Origin: Nostoc sp. PCC 7120 = FACHB-418
GTDB lineage: Bacteria; Cyanobacteriota; Cyanobacteriia; Cyanobacteriales; Nostocaceae
Assembly (NCBI RefSeq): GCF_000009705.1
Contig: NC_003276.1
Location: 30,001-62,000, forward strand
Direction: 5' to 3'
Length of the DNA stretch: 32,000 bases
Both the position numbers and the translations under genes were made by a program. How positions within the stretch are numbered: position 1 is the first letter of the stretch; each line of letters opens with the position of its first letter. This document shows, in pieces, positions 13,340 through 21,294 of this stretch. The notes below the pieces were generated by a model that had not been told where the DNA came from, did not search any database, and saw nothing but the letters and a program-made list of their open reading frames with translations.

Positions 13340-13849
13340 ATGACTACCATAGAAACTTCACGTTTATTATTGCGTCCATTGAAGCTCACAGATTTAGAGG
13401 ACTTAGCACAAATATACAGCAATCCTGAAGTGATGAAGTATCGTTTATTTCCTAAACCAACTTCACTTCTGGAAACTCAAGCTTTTTTAGAATCCTACAT
13501 TGCACATTGGCAGCGATATGGGTTTGGTCGATGGGCAACGATTTATAAAGCCAATGAGCAACTAATAGGGCATTGTGGGCTAGAACATATAGAATTTCTT
13601 AACAAAGTGGAAGTGAATTATTTACTCGCAAGCCAATATTGGGGACAGGGGTTAGCAACAGAATCCGCTATTGCCGTTGTCAACTATGGTTTTGAAGTCC
13701 AGCAATTCGAGCGATTAGTAGCACTGGCTAAACCAGATAATCTCGCATCACTTCGAGTCATGGAAAAAATAGGCATGAGCTATCAAACTAAAATCCGACT
13801 CCATAATGTAGAGTGGGTACTCTATGAAATAGAGCGCCAACTGCATTAA
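13340..13849 (+). CDS. GNAT family N-acetyltransferase (RimJ/RimL-like)
   Basis: TSRLLLRPLKLTDLEDLAQIYSNPEVMKY... and QYWGQGLATESAIAVVNYGF (Q/RxxGxG/A acetyl-CoA loop) are typical of the RimJ/RimL subgroup. Confidence 0.85.
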   Translation: MTTIETSRLLLRPLKLTDLEDLAQIYSNPEVMKYRLFPKPTSLLETQAFLESYIAHWQRYGFGRWATIYKANEQLIGHCGLEHIEFLNKVEVNYLLASQYWGQGLATESAIAVVNYGFEVQQFERLVALAKPDNLASLRVMEKIGMSYQTKIRLHNVEWVLYEIERQLH

Positions 13850-14220
13850 GCACTCAACGACTCCGGTTGCGTATCGGCTATTTCTGTAACTCGGTATAAC
13901 CAATTTTGAGTTTGGGAAGCCGCCGATTGCCTTTGTTCGGCATCAGACCAAATTTTGTCCCAATCGAACAACCAATTTGTCATTAAACGTACCAAGTCAA
14001 CCAACTCACAAGCTCTGTCAACGTCCTGAGCCTCCACCATGTCAGGGACAGTCCATTCGATAAAGTACCTACTTTCTTTTACCAGAGGCAGCATCAAATC
14101 CTTCGATGATTCCCTAGTCCACAAAGAATAAATTTGCGATAGGTGATTTGTCAAGCGATGCAGACGAGTGGAGACATCATCTTGCATGAAAATTTGTTGC
14201 TCAGGTGTCGGTTCAATCAT
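13846..14220 (-). CDS. Hypothetical protein (124 aa), last gene of the four-gene operon
   Basis: Starts 3 nt after the upstream stop. Its stop overlaps, convergently by 4 nt, the stop of the GNAT at 13340-13849. Confidence 0.6.
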   Translation of the reverse strand: MIEPTPEQQIFMQDDVSTRLHRLTNHLSQIYSLWTRESSKDLMLPLVKESRYFIEWTVPDMVEAQDVDRACELVDLVRLMTNWLFDWDKIWSDAEQRQSAASQTQNWLYRVTEIADTQPESLSA

Positions 14221-14223
14221 GTT

Positions 14224-14748
14224 TTACGCTGATAATTTCTCAGCGATCGCTTGATGAATGATTTGCTGCTTAAGCGAATCTGCTGCCACTGCGGCAATAG
14301 TCTCCCAATCTTCAGGTGTTAATAGTAACTCTAGTAACTCGCGTAATATTTCTCGGTTAGAAATAAACTCCTCACCATAAAGCTCATCATTTCCAAGAGT
14401 TAAAAGTATATGTTGTCTTAATTCTGGTGTAGGTAATTTTAATTTCTCAAGTATTCTTTCTCTTGCAGTTTTAACAGCTATTTTTGTAGCCGCACCTAAA
14501 TTCCAGTTATTAATTAGCAGCCGGACTTCTTTATTCAGAGAGATACGTAATGTTGTTAAACGCCCCAAAATCTCAAAGTTAAGCATGAGGTTGCCAAATG
14601 CACTTCCCCAATCTAATCCAGCACCAATGTTACCACCTACAGCATCCTCAGCTTGGACAGCTTGTAGTAAATATTCTTCATCAAGTAATAAATTCATGGG
14701 GTTGGCTGGTAGGTTATTTTGATTTTCGTTAAATTCGTGCTGATTCAT
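14224..14748 (-). CDS. Hypothetical protein (174 aa)
   Basis: The ATG directly abuts the upstream stop (14749/14748). Confidence 0.65.
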   Translation of the reverse strand: MNQHEFNENQNNLPANPMNLLLDEEYLLQAVQAEDAVGGNIGAGLDWGSAFGNLMLNFEILGRLTTLRISLNKEVRLLINNWNLGAATKIAVKTARERILEKLKLPTPELRQHILLTLGNDELYGEEFISNREILRELLELLLTPEDWETIAAVAADSLKQQIIHQAIAEKLSA

Positions 14749-15315
14749 TTACCTAACACCTAATTTAGAAGAACGCCATAGCCCATATTCAAAATAAACT
14801 AAGTCGTCATAATCTTCGTCTTCTCCCAAGTCAACCATACCTTGGTTATCGTAGAATTTTTCTACTCCAGGCAGAGAGTGTAATCCTACTCTACCCTCAA
14901 AACCCAGTTCCAGGCTACGGGTTCTAGCAAAAGCTAACAGTGCAGTACCGACTCCTTTATATTTGGGTGGGCGTTGTATTATTTCTCGGTTCCAAGGCGC
15001 AGATGCAATACCATCAACATAGACCAGTCGCCTCCCTGGCACTAACCGTGACCCGTGCATTTGCGTTTCAATAAGCAACAAGCCTTGGGTTTCATCTTCG
15101 TACTCGATAGCGTAGCCTTCCCGGTTTGGTTGTTTATTAATTACGAACTCCAGTTTAAATTCCCAGTCCCAAAATTTGTCTTCTTGAGTGAATAATCTTA
15201 ATTGTTCTTTCCACGTACAGTTGTAGTCATGAGCGTGTTTAGTTTGCAATTCAACTAAATCGGCTTCCACAACTACATTATCCTGAGTACGAATTAGTCT
15301 AACCGTGCTTTGCAT
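14749..15315 (-). CDS. GNAT-fold acetyltransferase-like protein (188 aa)
   Basis: VYVDGIASAPWNR...KYKGVGTALLAFARTRSLELGFEGRVGLHSLPGVEKFYDNQGM has the GNAT beta4-alpha3 acetyl-CoA loop (xxGVGxA) and a C-terminal FY motif. Confidence 0.6.
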   Translation of the reverse strand: MQSTVRLIRTQDNVVVEADLVELQTKHAHDYNCTWKEQLRLFTQEDKFWDWEFKLEFVINKQPNREGYAIEYEDETQGLLLIETQMHGSRLVPGRRLVYVDGIASAPWNREIIQRPPKYKGVGTALLAFARTRSLELGFEGRVGLHSLPGVEKFYDNQGMVDLGEDEDYDDLVYFEYGLWRSSKLGVR

Positions 15316-15337
15316 TGCTTGGTATTTTTGAGTGAAG

Positions 15338-15601
15338 TTATTTAACTTGTTGTACGTGTTTGAGCAAAGCGATCGCTAACTCCAAAATATTATTACTATC
15401 CCAAGAGGGGATTTGGTCAAGTACATATTGGATAACGGCTTCGGGCGGCTCATCAGGAAGTGAGCCAACGCGCAACAAAGCATCGTTAGTGCTTTTAATC
15501 ATGCGCTCTATTTTTTCTGCTCTACTTTTCCCTGGCATAGTATCTAGCACAGCTATAACTTCATTCTTCAGGGAAACATTTTGATAACCATAATTTGGCA
15601 T
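15338..15601 (-). CDS. Small protein (87 aa), possibly RHH-like; first gene of the operon
   Basis: I start it at ATG 15601 (MPNYGYQNVSLKNEVIAVLDTMPGKSRAEKIERMIKS...) rather than the TTG at 15649. It shows a beta strand followed by a helix. Confidence 0.5.
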   Translation of the reverse strand: MPNYGYQNVSLKNEVIAVLDTMPGKSRAEKIERMIKSTNDALLRVGSLPDEPPEAVIQYVLDQIPSWDSNNILELAIALLKHVQQVK

Positions 15602-15946
15602 AAAAAGTAAATTATCACTCAACAAACACAATACATAGGTCAGAATCAAGAACTATTCAAAAGGGTGAGGACGTTTTGCTCATCAAATGACATTCCTTGT
15701 GGAAGTTAAGAGTGCATTGTAGTCCTACGGCTTTTAAATATTGGCTTTTGAGTTCTGTGTTCTAATATTACTGTACAAAGAAAGGATTTCTAAATTAACC
15801 CTACTTACTAGAGTATTACAGTATTATTAATATAATTAGTTGCCAGTAAGTTTCACGCATTGTTTTGATGAGTATCAAATAATAGAAGACGAAGGAGAAA
15901 GCAAAATAATATGGCTTTATTAAAGTTGTTATGCAGATGAATAAGG

Positions 15947-15983
15947 GGAGCGATCGCACTCCGGCAAAGAACTGCGATCGCTC
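15947..15983. promoter_or_regulatory. HIP1-based 11-bp perfect stem-loop in the divergent intergenic region
   Basis: GAGCGATCGCA ... TGCGATCGCTC. Confidence 0.4.
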
Positions 15984-16026
15984 ATTCCGCTCCTAAAGAC
16001 ACTAACTCCATAGGAGGGTACTTAAT

Positions 16027-16368
16027 ATGGTACGAGGATTAGAAAACAAGTTCAATCATCAAGAAGAAGTTTTTCACATAGAAGATGAACAAAAGCCAAA
16101 GAATCAGATTGAGGAAATTGCAGTTAGAGCAGTTAAATTAGCTGGGTTATCAGTAAGACTTGGTGATTATGAGTTTGTCTCTACATCGGTTAGATTGCTT
16201 GAGCCATTTATCAAAGCTTGGTACGCAAAAGCAGGAATTGAACCACCATCGACGGCGACAATATCTCGTTGGTTTTATGATTCGCCGCCAAAGTGGGCAA
16301 TCGCTTTATTAGTGAACGAAAAAGAAAAAATTTTTGAAAAAGTAGCGCGGAAATGCAAAATTCCGTAA
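16027..16368 (+). CDS. Hypothetical protein (113 aa)
   Basis: Strong RBS (TAGGAGGG, 7 nt upstream) and a terminator downstream. Confidence 0.6.
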   Translation: MVRGLENKFNHQEEVFHIEDEQKPKNQIEEIAVRAVKLAGLSVRLGDYEFVSTSVRLLEPFIKAWYAKAGIEPPSTATISRWFYDSPPKWAIALLVNEKEKIFEKVARKCKIP

Positions 16369-16392
16369 AATCCTACAATTTTGCAAAATCCG

Positions 16393-16425
16393 AAAAAGCC
16401 CTTGTTTTTAGCAAGCGGCTTTTTT
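16393..16425 (+). terminator. Rho-independent terminator
   Basis: AAAAAGCC...GGCTTTTTT with an inner TTG/CAA pairing. Confidence 0.6.
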
Positions 16426-16446
16426 ATTGTTAAGAAACAAGTCTAA

Positions 16447-16547
16447 TTAACAGTTAATACACCGTGTGTTAACAGTGAAAGTAATATCAAATTGACACGG
16501 ATATTGACACAGATGTTGACTAACTTAATTTAACTATTGACTACCGA
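16447..16547 (+). promoter_or_regulatory. 21-bp palindrome followed by four phased TTGAC-containing 12-mers immediately upstream of the 16550 ATG
   Basis: GTTAATACACcGTGTGTTAAC at 16453-16473. ATTGACACGGAT 16491-16502, ATTGACACAGAT 16503-16514, GTTGACTAACTT 16515-16526, ATTGACTACCGA 16536-16547. Confidence 0.55.
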
Positions 16548-16549
16548 GA

Positions 16550-16966
16550 ATGAATCAATCATGGAGAGAAGAACTTTTTAATCAAGAAACCACAAATTCG
16601 GCATTAAATCCCCTGGTTTTACCCATGACAAATGCCCAATCCTTGAGAATTTTGGACATCTGCTATCGAACTTGGGGACGTTGGGAAGAAGTGGCTCAGA
16701 CGATAGCTCAGTATAAACTAGCACAAATACAAATGAAGAACTTTGCCCAAGAACACAGCCTTAGAGCGCCACCAATTCTTCCTTATCAAGTTTGGGTGGT
16801 GGGAAAAATAGGAGAAATCTTTTGTGGTTTAGCTCAAGGGACAAATAAGTTGAATCTCGCTAAAGCAATTGTGGGGGCGAATAAATCTCTGTACAGCCGT
16901 AAAGAGTTTGAAGCCGAACAAATTAGATTTACACAACCGTTAACAGGAGAATTACAAAATGTCTAA
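16550..16966 (+). CDS. Hypothetical protein (138 aa)
   Basis: ORF whose stop overlaps the next start by 8 nt. Confidence 0.6.
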   Translation: MNQSWREELFNQETTNSALNPLVLPMTNAQSLRILDICYRTWGRWEEVAQTIAQYKLAQIQMKNFAQEHSLRAPPILPYQVWVVGKIGEIFCGLAQGTNKLNLAKAIVGANKSLYSRKEFEAEQIRFTQPLTGELQNV

Positions 16967-17675
16967 TAAGGATACATTCACCCGTCAAGAATTATTTGAA
17001 CTGTTAAGCGCCAGTTATCCCCCAGAGAAAATCATTGCAGGGTTACAAGAGTTAGCCAAAACAGACCCAAGCATTGATCCAAATGGAGAAGAATTTGATG
17101 TGGAGGTGAGCGATCGCTTGGAGAGGTTATTTAACCTAGCCGAGACAGTGATAGACCAAGCCAAACTATTGGGAGCAGGAGGAAGCCTGACAAATTTAGA
17201 AACTCAAGCCATTAATAAAACAGTTGAGCAATTGAAGGCTCAGGGTATATCAGGAGAAACGTTTCGCGCATTCTTAGAGATTGCGGCGGGGACAACGGTT
17301 GCTCAAGCGTTTGCCGTTCACAACTTCAAATCACAGTTGTTTGACGACATTTCACAAGAACTAGATGTTCAACTGTTGCAAGAGCGTACACAAGCAGGTG
17401 TTGAAGAAATTTCGCTCATCTACCAAATCATTAAAGATCCTCAAACTAAAGAGAAAATCATCTCTGAGTACGGTTTAAAAACGCCCCAACAGCTTAAGAA
17501 TGAAGTTCAAACTTTGACAGGAACTTCTACACCTGAGTTTGACCCATTGAAGTTTTTTGAGGAGGTAGGTTTACCAGTCGAAGCAAAAAAGTCAGTGCAA
17601 CCCAAGACTATACAGGATTTGCGAACGCTAACCCAGCATTTATTCAAACGACAACCAAATCAAGCTACAGCGTAA
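16959..17675 (+). CDS. Hypothetical acidic protein (238 aa)
   Basis: Clean ORF coupled to the upstream gene. Confidence 0.65.
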   Translation: MSNKDTFTRQELFELLSASYPPEKIIAGLQELAKTDPSIDPNGEEFDVEVSDRLERLFNLAETVIDQAKLLGAGGSLTNLETQAINKTVEQLKAQGISGETFRAFLEIAAGTTVAQAFAVHNFKSQLFDDISQELDVQLLQERTQAGVEEISLIYQIIKDPQTKEKIISEYGLKTPQQLKNEVQTLTGTSTPEFDPLKFFEEVGLPVEAKKSVQPKTIQDLRTLTQHLFKRQPNQATA

Positions 17676-17789
17676 ATAAGTTTTGGGAGAAGTACAAATG
17701 GGCTATCTCAATCATTTTCTTCATGAGTTGTATTGGGCTATCTGTAGGCATTCGTGTACTGCAAGCTTCAACACCAACTCAGGTGATAA

Positions 17790-18140
17790 ATGAGCAAACG
17801 CAAGTATTCAAGTGAGTATTTAGCATATATTCACTCGCCACAGTGGAAGTCTAAATCAAAGCAATGTCAACAATTAACGCTGCATCATTGTGTACTTCTG
17901 CCCTGGTACAAATCCAATCAATGACACCATTTAACCTACAACAACCTGGAGTACGAAATACCTGTGCGCGATATTGTGCCATTGTGTGAATTGGCTCATA
18001 AATTAGTTCACTTATGGTTGTTTTGGAATACTCCAGTGAGGTGTGTAGTAAACTGGTTGCTCAGACTTTTGATGGTATTTTCTCTGTTTTTTTGGCGGGT
18101 GATTTGGGTAGTTAAACAACTTACAAAATTAACGAACTAA
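17790..18140 (+). pseudogene. HNH-like small protein with a hydrophobic tail, interrupted by an in-frame TGA at 17922-17924
   Basis: MSKRKYSSEYLAYIHSPQWKSKSKQCQQLTLHHCVLLPWYKSNQ*HHLTYNNLEYEIPVRDIVPLCELAHKLVHLWLFWNTPVRCVVNWLLRLLMVFSLFFWRVIWVV... The YL.S..W and HHxTY...E...D..PLC...H...H spacing resembles small phage/plasmid HNH proteins. Some Cys ligands are replaced. Confidence 0.4.
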
Positions 18141-18145
18141 TCAAT

Positions 18146-18301
18146 ATGGAAAGACAAATTCTAGATGCAATAGGTTTTGGAAATCCACAAATAGAACCAG
18201 ACCCAAAACCTGTAGTTGAACAAGTTGTAGTTCAAAATGAGCAAATCCCAAACACGATTGACAACTTTGGAAAAATTTTAGACCAGTACGAGCCAGCTTG
18301 A
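18146..18301 (+). CDS. Possible small acidic protein (51 aa)
   Basis: MERQILDAIGFGNPQIEPDPKPVVEQVVVQNEQIPNTIDNFGKILDQYEPA*. It fills the gap before 18311. Confidence 0.3.
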   Translation: MERQILDAIGFGNPQIEPDPKPVVEQVVVQNEQIPNTIDNFGKILDQYEPA

Positions 18302-18310
18302 TTTTGAGGC

Positions 18311-18724
18311 ATGAAATACCAAAAACAAGCACTACTAGGATTATTGGGAATGGGTTTAATCGCTAGTCCTTGGTTATCTAAACTGCCAGCGCAATTCCAC
18401 ACTTACAACACCGCCACAACTATTCAACAATCCGAAGAAATAGAGCGGATTAAAGCCGAAGAAAGGGCAGCAACATCCCAAAGAATTAACGAGTTAGGAG
18501 TCAGCCCCAGCTTTAAAAAATTGCGGATGCAAAATTATTTAGATACTCATTCCCGTAATCCTAGACCCAATACTACAGGTTATTTAGAAGATGAACTAGT
18601 TTTTGTCTATGACTCGACAGGCAGGTGCATCGGGCGAATCGAAGAACGTCAATGGAAATGGAAATATCGATTTAGAAATGCCTGCACTGACTCACCACTA
18701 TATTCTGATGCTAAAAACTCATGA
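18311..18724 (+). CDS. Secreted or membrane-anchored protein (137 aa)
   Basis: Signal/anchor-like N-terminus MKYQKQALLGLLGMGLIASPWL. The stop overlaps the next ATG (ATGA). Confidence 0.65.
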   Translation: MKYQKQALLGLLGMGLIASPWLSKLPAQFHTYNTATTIQQSEEIERIKAEERAATSQRINELGVSPSFKKLRMQNYLDTHSRNPRPNTTGYLEDELVFVYDSTGRCIGRIEERQWKWKYRFRNACTDSPLYSDAKNS

Positions 18725-19425
18725 GCAATCCCACACCAACTACTCCTAACCCACAACCAAATCCACAAAATAAACCGCAACGAGGATTGGGTGAGTATTT
18801 AGAACTGTTAGCCCGATGGATTGTTGAGCTAATTTCACTACCAGTTGTGTTTGTCTCACACATCGTTGCTCAATTCGTAACCCCAGGTACACCAGGATAT
18901 AGATTAGTCGGTGCAATTGGTTTTTGGATTGGCACACTGCTTTCTACTGATGGTATTTGGCAAGTTTTATTTCAAGGCAAACCCATTTTCCCCTGGTTTG
19001 AAACTGAATGGATCGGATGGTTGGGGTGGTTACAACTACCATTTAATCCACTGTTTTGGATCAGTTTTGGTATCTCTGCATTGGTACAAGTGATGGAAGC
19101 TCGAACTCTGCGTGGTAAAGACCCAATCCAAGCGAGATCCGAGTTTGAGGAATCCAAGCAATATGCTCTAGGTAGCAAACCCACCGGGAATATTGACCTG
19201 ACTGTGGCTTTGTGGGGTGATTATAAGAGGGCAGGCATGAAAGAACGTAATGCAGGGGGAGCGATCGCACTATTTTTCTGGGTACTGGACATCACCACCA
19301 CATTCGTAGGTCGTTGGCCCTTCCGTTACACTGATCCAGGCACAATCTTAGGTTGTTTTGCGTATAACTGTGCCTCAATGATGGCTGGCGAGATTGGCTA
19401 CAACATTTGGAAAATTACTAAGTAA
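18721..19425 (+). CDS. Polytopic membrane protein (234 aa)
   Basis: Pro/Asn-rich N-terminus followed by at least four hydrophobic Trp-rich segments. Confidence 0.7.
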   Translation: MSNPTPTTPNPQPNPQNKPQRGLGEYLELLARWIVELISLPVVFVSHIVAQFVTPGTPGYRLVGAIGFWIGTLLSTDGIWQVLFQGKPIFPWFETEWIGWLGWLQLPFNPLFWISFGISALVQVMEARTLRGKDPIQARSEFEESKQYALGSKPTGNIDLTVALWGDYKRAGMKERNAGGAIALFFWVLDITTTFVGRWPFRYTDPGTILGCFAYNCASMMAGEIGYNIWKITK

Positions 19426-19436
19426 GAGGGGCGAAG

Positions 19437-21257
19437 ATGCAGCAAACAATACCAATGCTAGGCACAAAAGAAACGGCACTGTTACGTGGCGATTATCCCA
19501 GTATTGAGTATTTGGAAGCTGGCAACATCGCTTCTTGGTTACAGGAGCGTCAAGACCAACTACTCATCCGTGCTAGAGATGAACGTAATGGCATGAACCT
19601 TGCCAAGTTCATCACTTTGGCGACGGCGGCCACTGGTGCTGTTTGCTATGCCACTTCCCCGCTTGCTCCTATCGGTGCGGTAGTGGCTGGAATTGGGTAT
19701 CTCTGGTCAATAGTGCAAGACATCAACGACACTCACCAATTCGCTCCTATCCCCTTTATTCGCGGTAACTTTGTTGAGTTCCTCTCGGCAATGGGTGACA
19801 GCGTTGCTAGGGACGAATATTTTGCTAACAAAAATGAACTGGCTGACTTGATGCTCCACTTAGAGCCAATGGAGAAATATGAGTTCGCCATGCTCAAGCA
19901 ATCATCTCATGTGGTGTGTGAATACTTGAGCGTCGTTGAGCCTGGAAAAAGGTTTTATGCTTACCGTTGGTTACTTGATTGGTTCATTCAGTTGCGTGGG
20001 CAGTTCCCAACCCGTGATCAATTGTCTGGGCATTTAGCGCAAGTGACAATTGACCCACGAGTAAATTACCAACAAGTAACAGTTATTCAAGAAGCTATTA
20101 AACCCCAAAATCTTGGTATTCCACCTGCAAGGTTTGTTGAATTACCTTCTGCTGTGAATCAACCAGTAGAGGACAAGACTGTTACTATAATCCCAAGCGC
20201 CCAAGCGCCTTCTATATCTAACCCGTCCTTGGGGACAGTAGTTTCTAGTTATGAGCCTACCCCAACTGCGATTGTTAACACGGAAATCTCCACCTACACC
20301 AGTAAACCTCAACGACAGTATGACCTCATTGGACATATTGCCAAGAAAGTGACAAATATGCTGTGGGTTGGTGTCCCTGGTTCCGGCAAGGGCATCACTA
20401 TTAGCAATGCTATTGATGCCATCAAGCGATCGCATAGAGGCATACACATTTTTTACATTGACCCCAAAGGTGATGAGAAAGAAACTGGTTATTTCACTGG
20501 TCGCGTTGACACTTTAAAACGTGCCAAGATTCTGGAAATGTCACCCATTGAGGCAGTCAAGTGGGTCAAAGACTGTTTTGCCGAGTTTCAACTTATCACT
20601 GGGGACAAGCTCATTATTCTGGATGAAGGTACGGCGGTTTGTTCCAAATTCAAGAATGCTAAGAATGAAATTGGTTGGCTCAAGGACAAAATCATTTCCT
20701 ACTGTTCTTGTGGTGATAGTTCTGGTTGGCACTTCTGGATAGTCGTGCAGAATCCCCATACTGATGATTTGGGTATTTCTGGGGGACTGCGATCGCAATT
20801 AACTTCTGTCGCATTGGTTCACCCAGATAATGTACCAGCTTACAATGCCATGATTGCCACGCAGTTGATTCCCAGCGATCGCAAAATTACTTCGACGCAA
20901 GTGATGGAGATTGCGGCACAATCACCTGTAGGTCGAGCAGTGTATTACGGCGGGTTGAACGAATGGTTCCCCATGCAGTTGCTACAAAACTTCTCTGGCT
21001 ACGACCGGGATAATAAAAAGTTTCTGGATACACCAAAGATTAATGATTCCTCTCAAGTAGCAGATTTAGATGCAACTGAAACATCCCAAAGTCAGTCTCA
21101 ACGGGTACTAGCACTTTTGGAACGTACTACTGCATCCTCACTCGATGAATTTATCTACAACGAGTTGAAATTAGACGGGACTCAAGCCGATTTAGTACGT
21201 GTGGGGATTGAGAAATTACTTAAGGATTCTCCTTTGAAATACAAATTTGACGGGTGA
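19437..21257 (+). CDS. Membrane-anchored P-loop NTPase, FtsK/SpoIIIE/TraB-like DNA-translocase candidate
   Basis: TM segment FITLATAATGAVCYATSPLAPIGAVVAGIGYLWSIV. Walker A is WVGVPGSGKG and Walker B is KLIILDEG. GWHFWIVVQNPHTDDLGISGGLRSQLTSVAL resembles the FtsK motif G(I)HLI.ATQRP..D.I...IK.N...RIA. Confidence 0.7.
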   Translation: MQQTIPMLGTKETALLRGDYPSIEYLEAGNIASWLQERQDQLLIRARDERNGMNLAKFITLATAATGAVCYATSPLAPIGAVVAGIGYLWSIVQDINDTHQFAPIPFIRGNFVEFLSAMGDSVARDEYFANKNELADLMLHLEPMEKYEFAMLKQSSHVVCEYLSVVEPGKRFYAYRWLLDWFIQLRGQFPTRDQLSGHLAQVTIDPRVNYQQVTVIQEAIKPQNLGIPPARFVELPSAVNQPVEDKTVTIIPSAQAPSISNPSLGTVVSSYEPTPTAIVNTEISTYTSKPQRQYDLIGHIAKKVTNMLWVGVPGSGKGITISNAIDAIKRSHRGIHIFYIDPKGDEKETGYFTGRVDTLKRAKILEMSPIEAVKWVKDCFAEFQLITGDKLIILDEGTAVCSKFKNAKNEIGWLKDKIISYCSCGDSSGWHFWIVVQNPHTDDLGISGGLRSQLTSVALVHPDNVPAYNAMIATQLIPSDRKITSTQVMEIAAQSPVGRAVYYGGLNEWFPMQLLQNFSGYDRDNKKFLDTPKINDSSQVADLDATETSQSQSQRVLALLERTTASSLDEFIYNELKLDGTQADLVRVGIEKLLKDSPLKYKFDG

Positions 21258-21294
21258 GTTGCTTGAGCAGCAAAGTACGATTTGAACGTGGTGA

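Noticed and set aside
15760-15830. TATTACTGTA / TATTACAGTA pair, considered as a LexA-type or other palindromic operator.
   Set aside because: The half-sites are ~50 bp apart, and the spacing does not fit the LexA (CTGT-N8-ACAG or cyanobacterial RGTAC-N3-DGTWC) consensus. They could easily arise by chance in AT-rich DNA.
16491-16547. Possible CRISPR or mini-array, suggested by the regularly spaced repeats.
   Set aside because: The repeat unit is only 12 bp, the copies are contiguous with no spacers, and there are no cas genes. It is not a CRISPR array.
18746-19270. Several 60-70-aa ORFs overlapping the 234-aa membrane protein gene.
   Set aside because: They are nested in or antisense to a longer coupled ORF and have no supporting signals.
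20142-20798. ORFs 20142-20447 (-), 20521-20742 (+) and 20541-20798 (-).
   Set aside because: They lie inside the 606-aa ATPase gene, whose frame carries the P-loop motifs.
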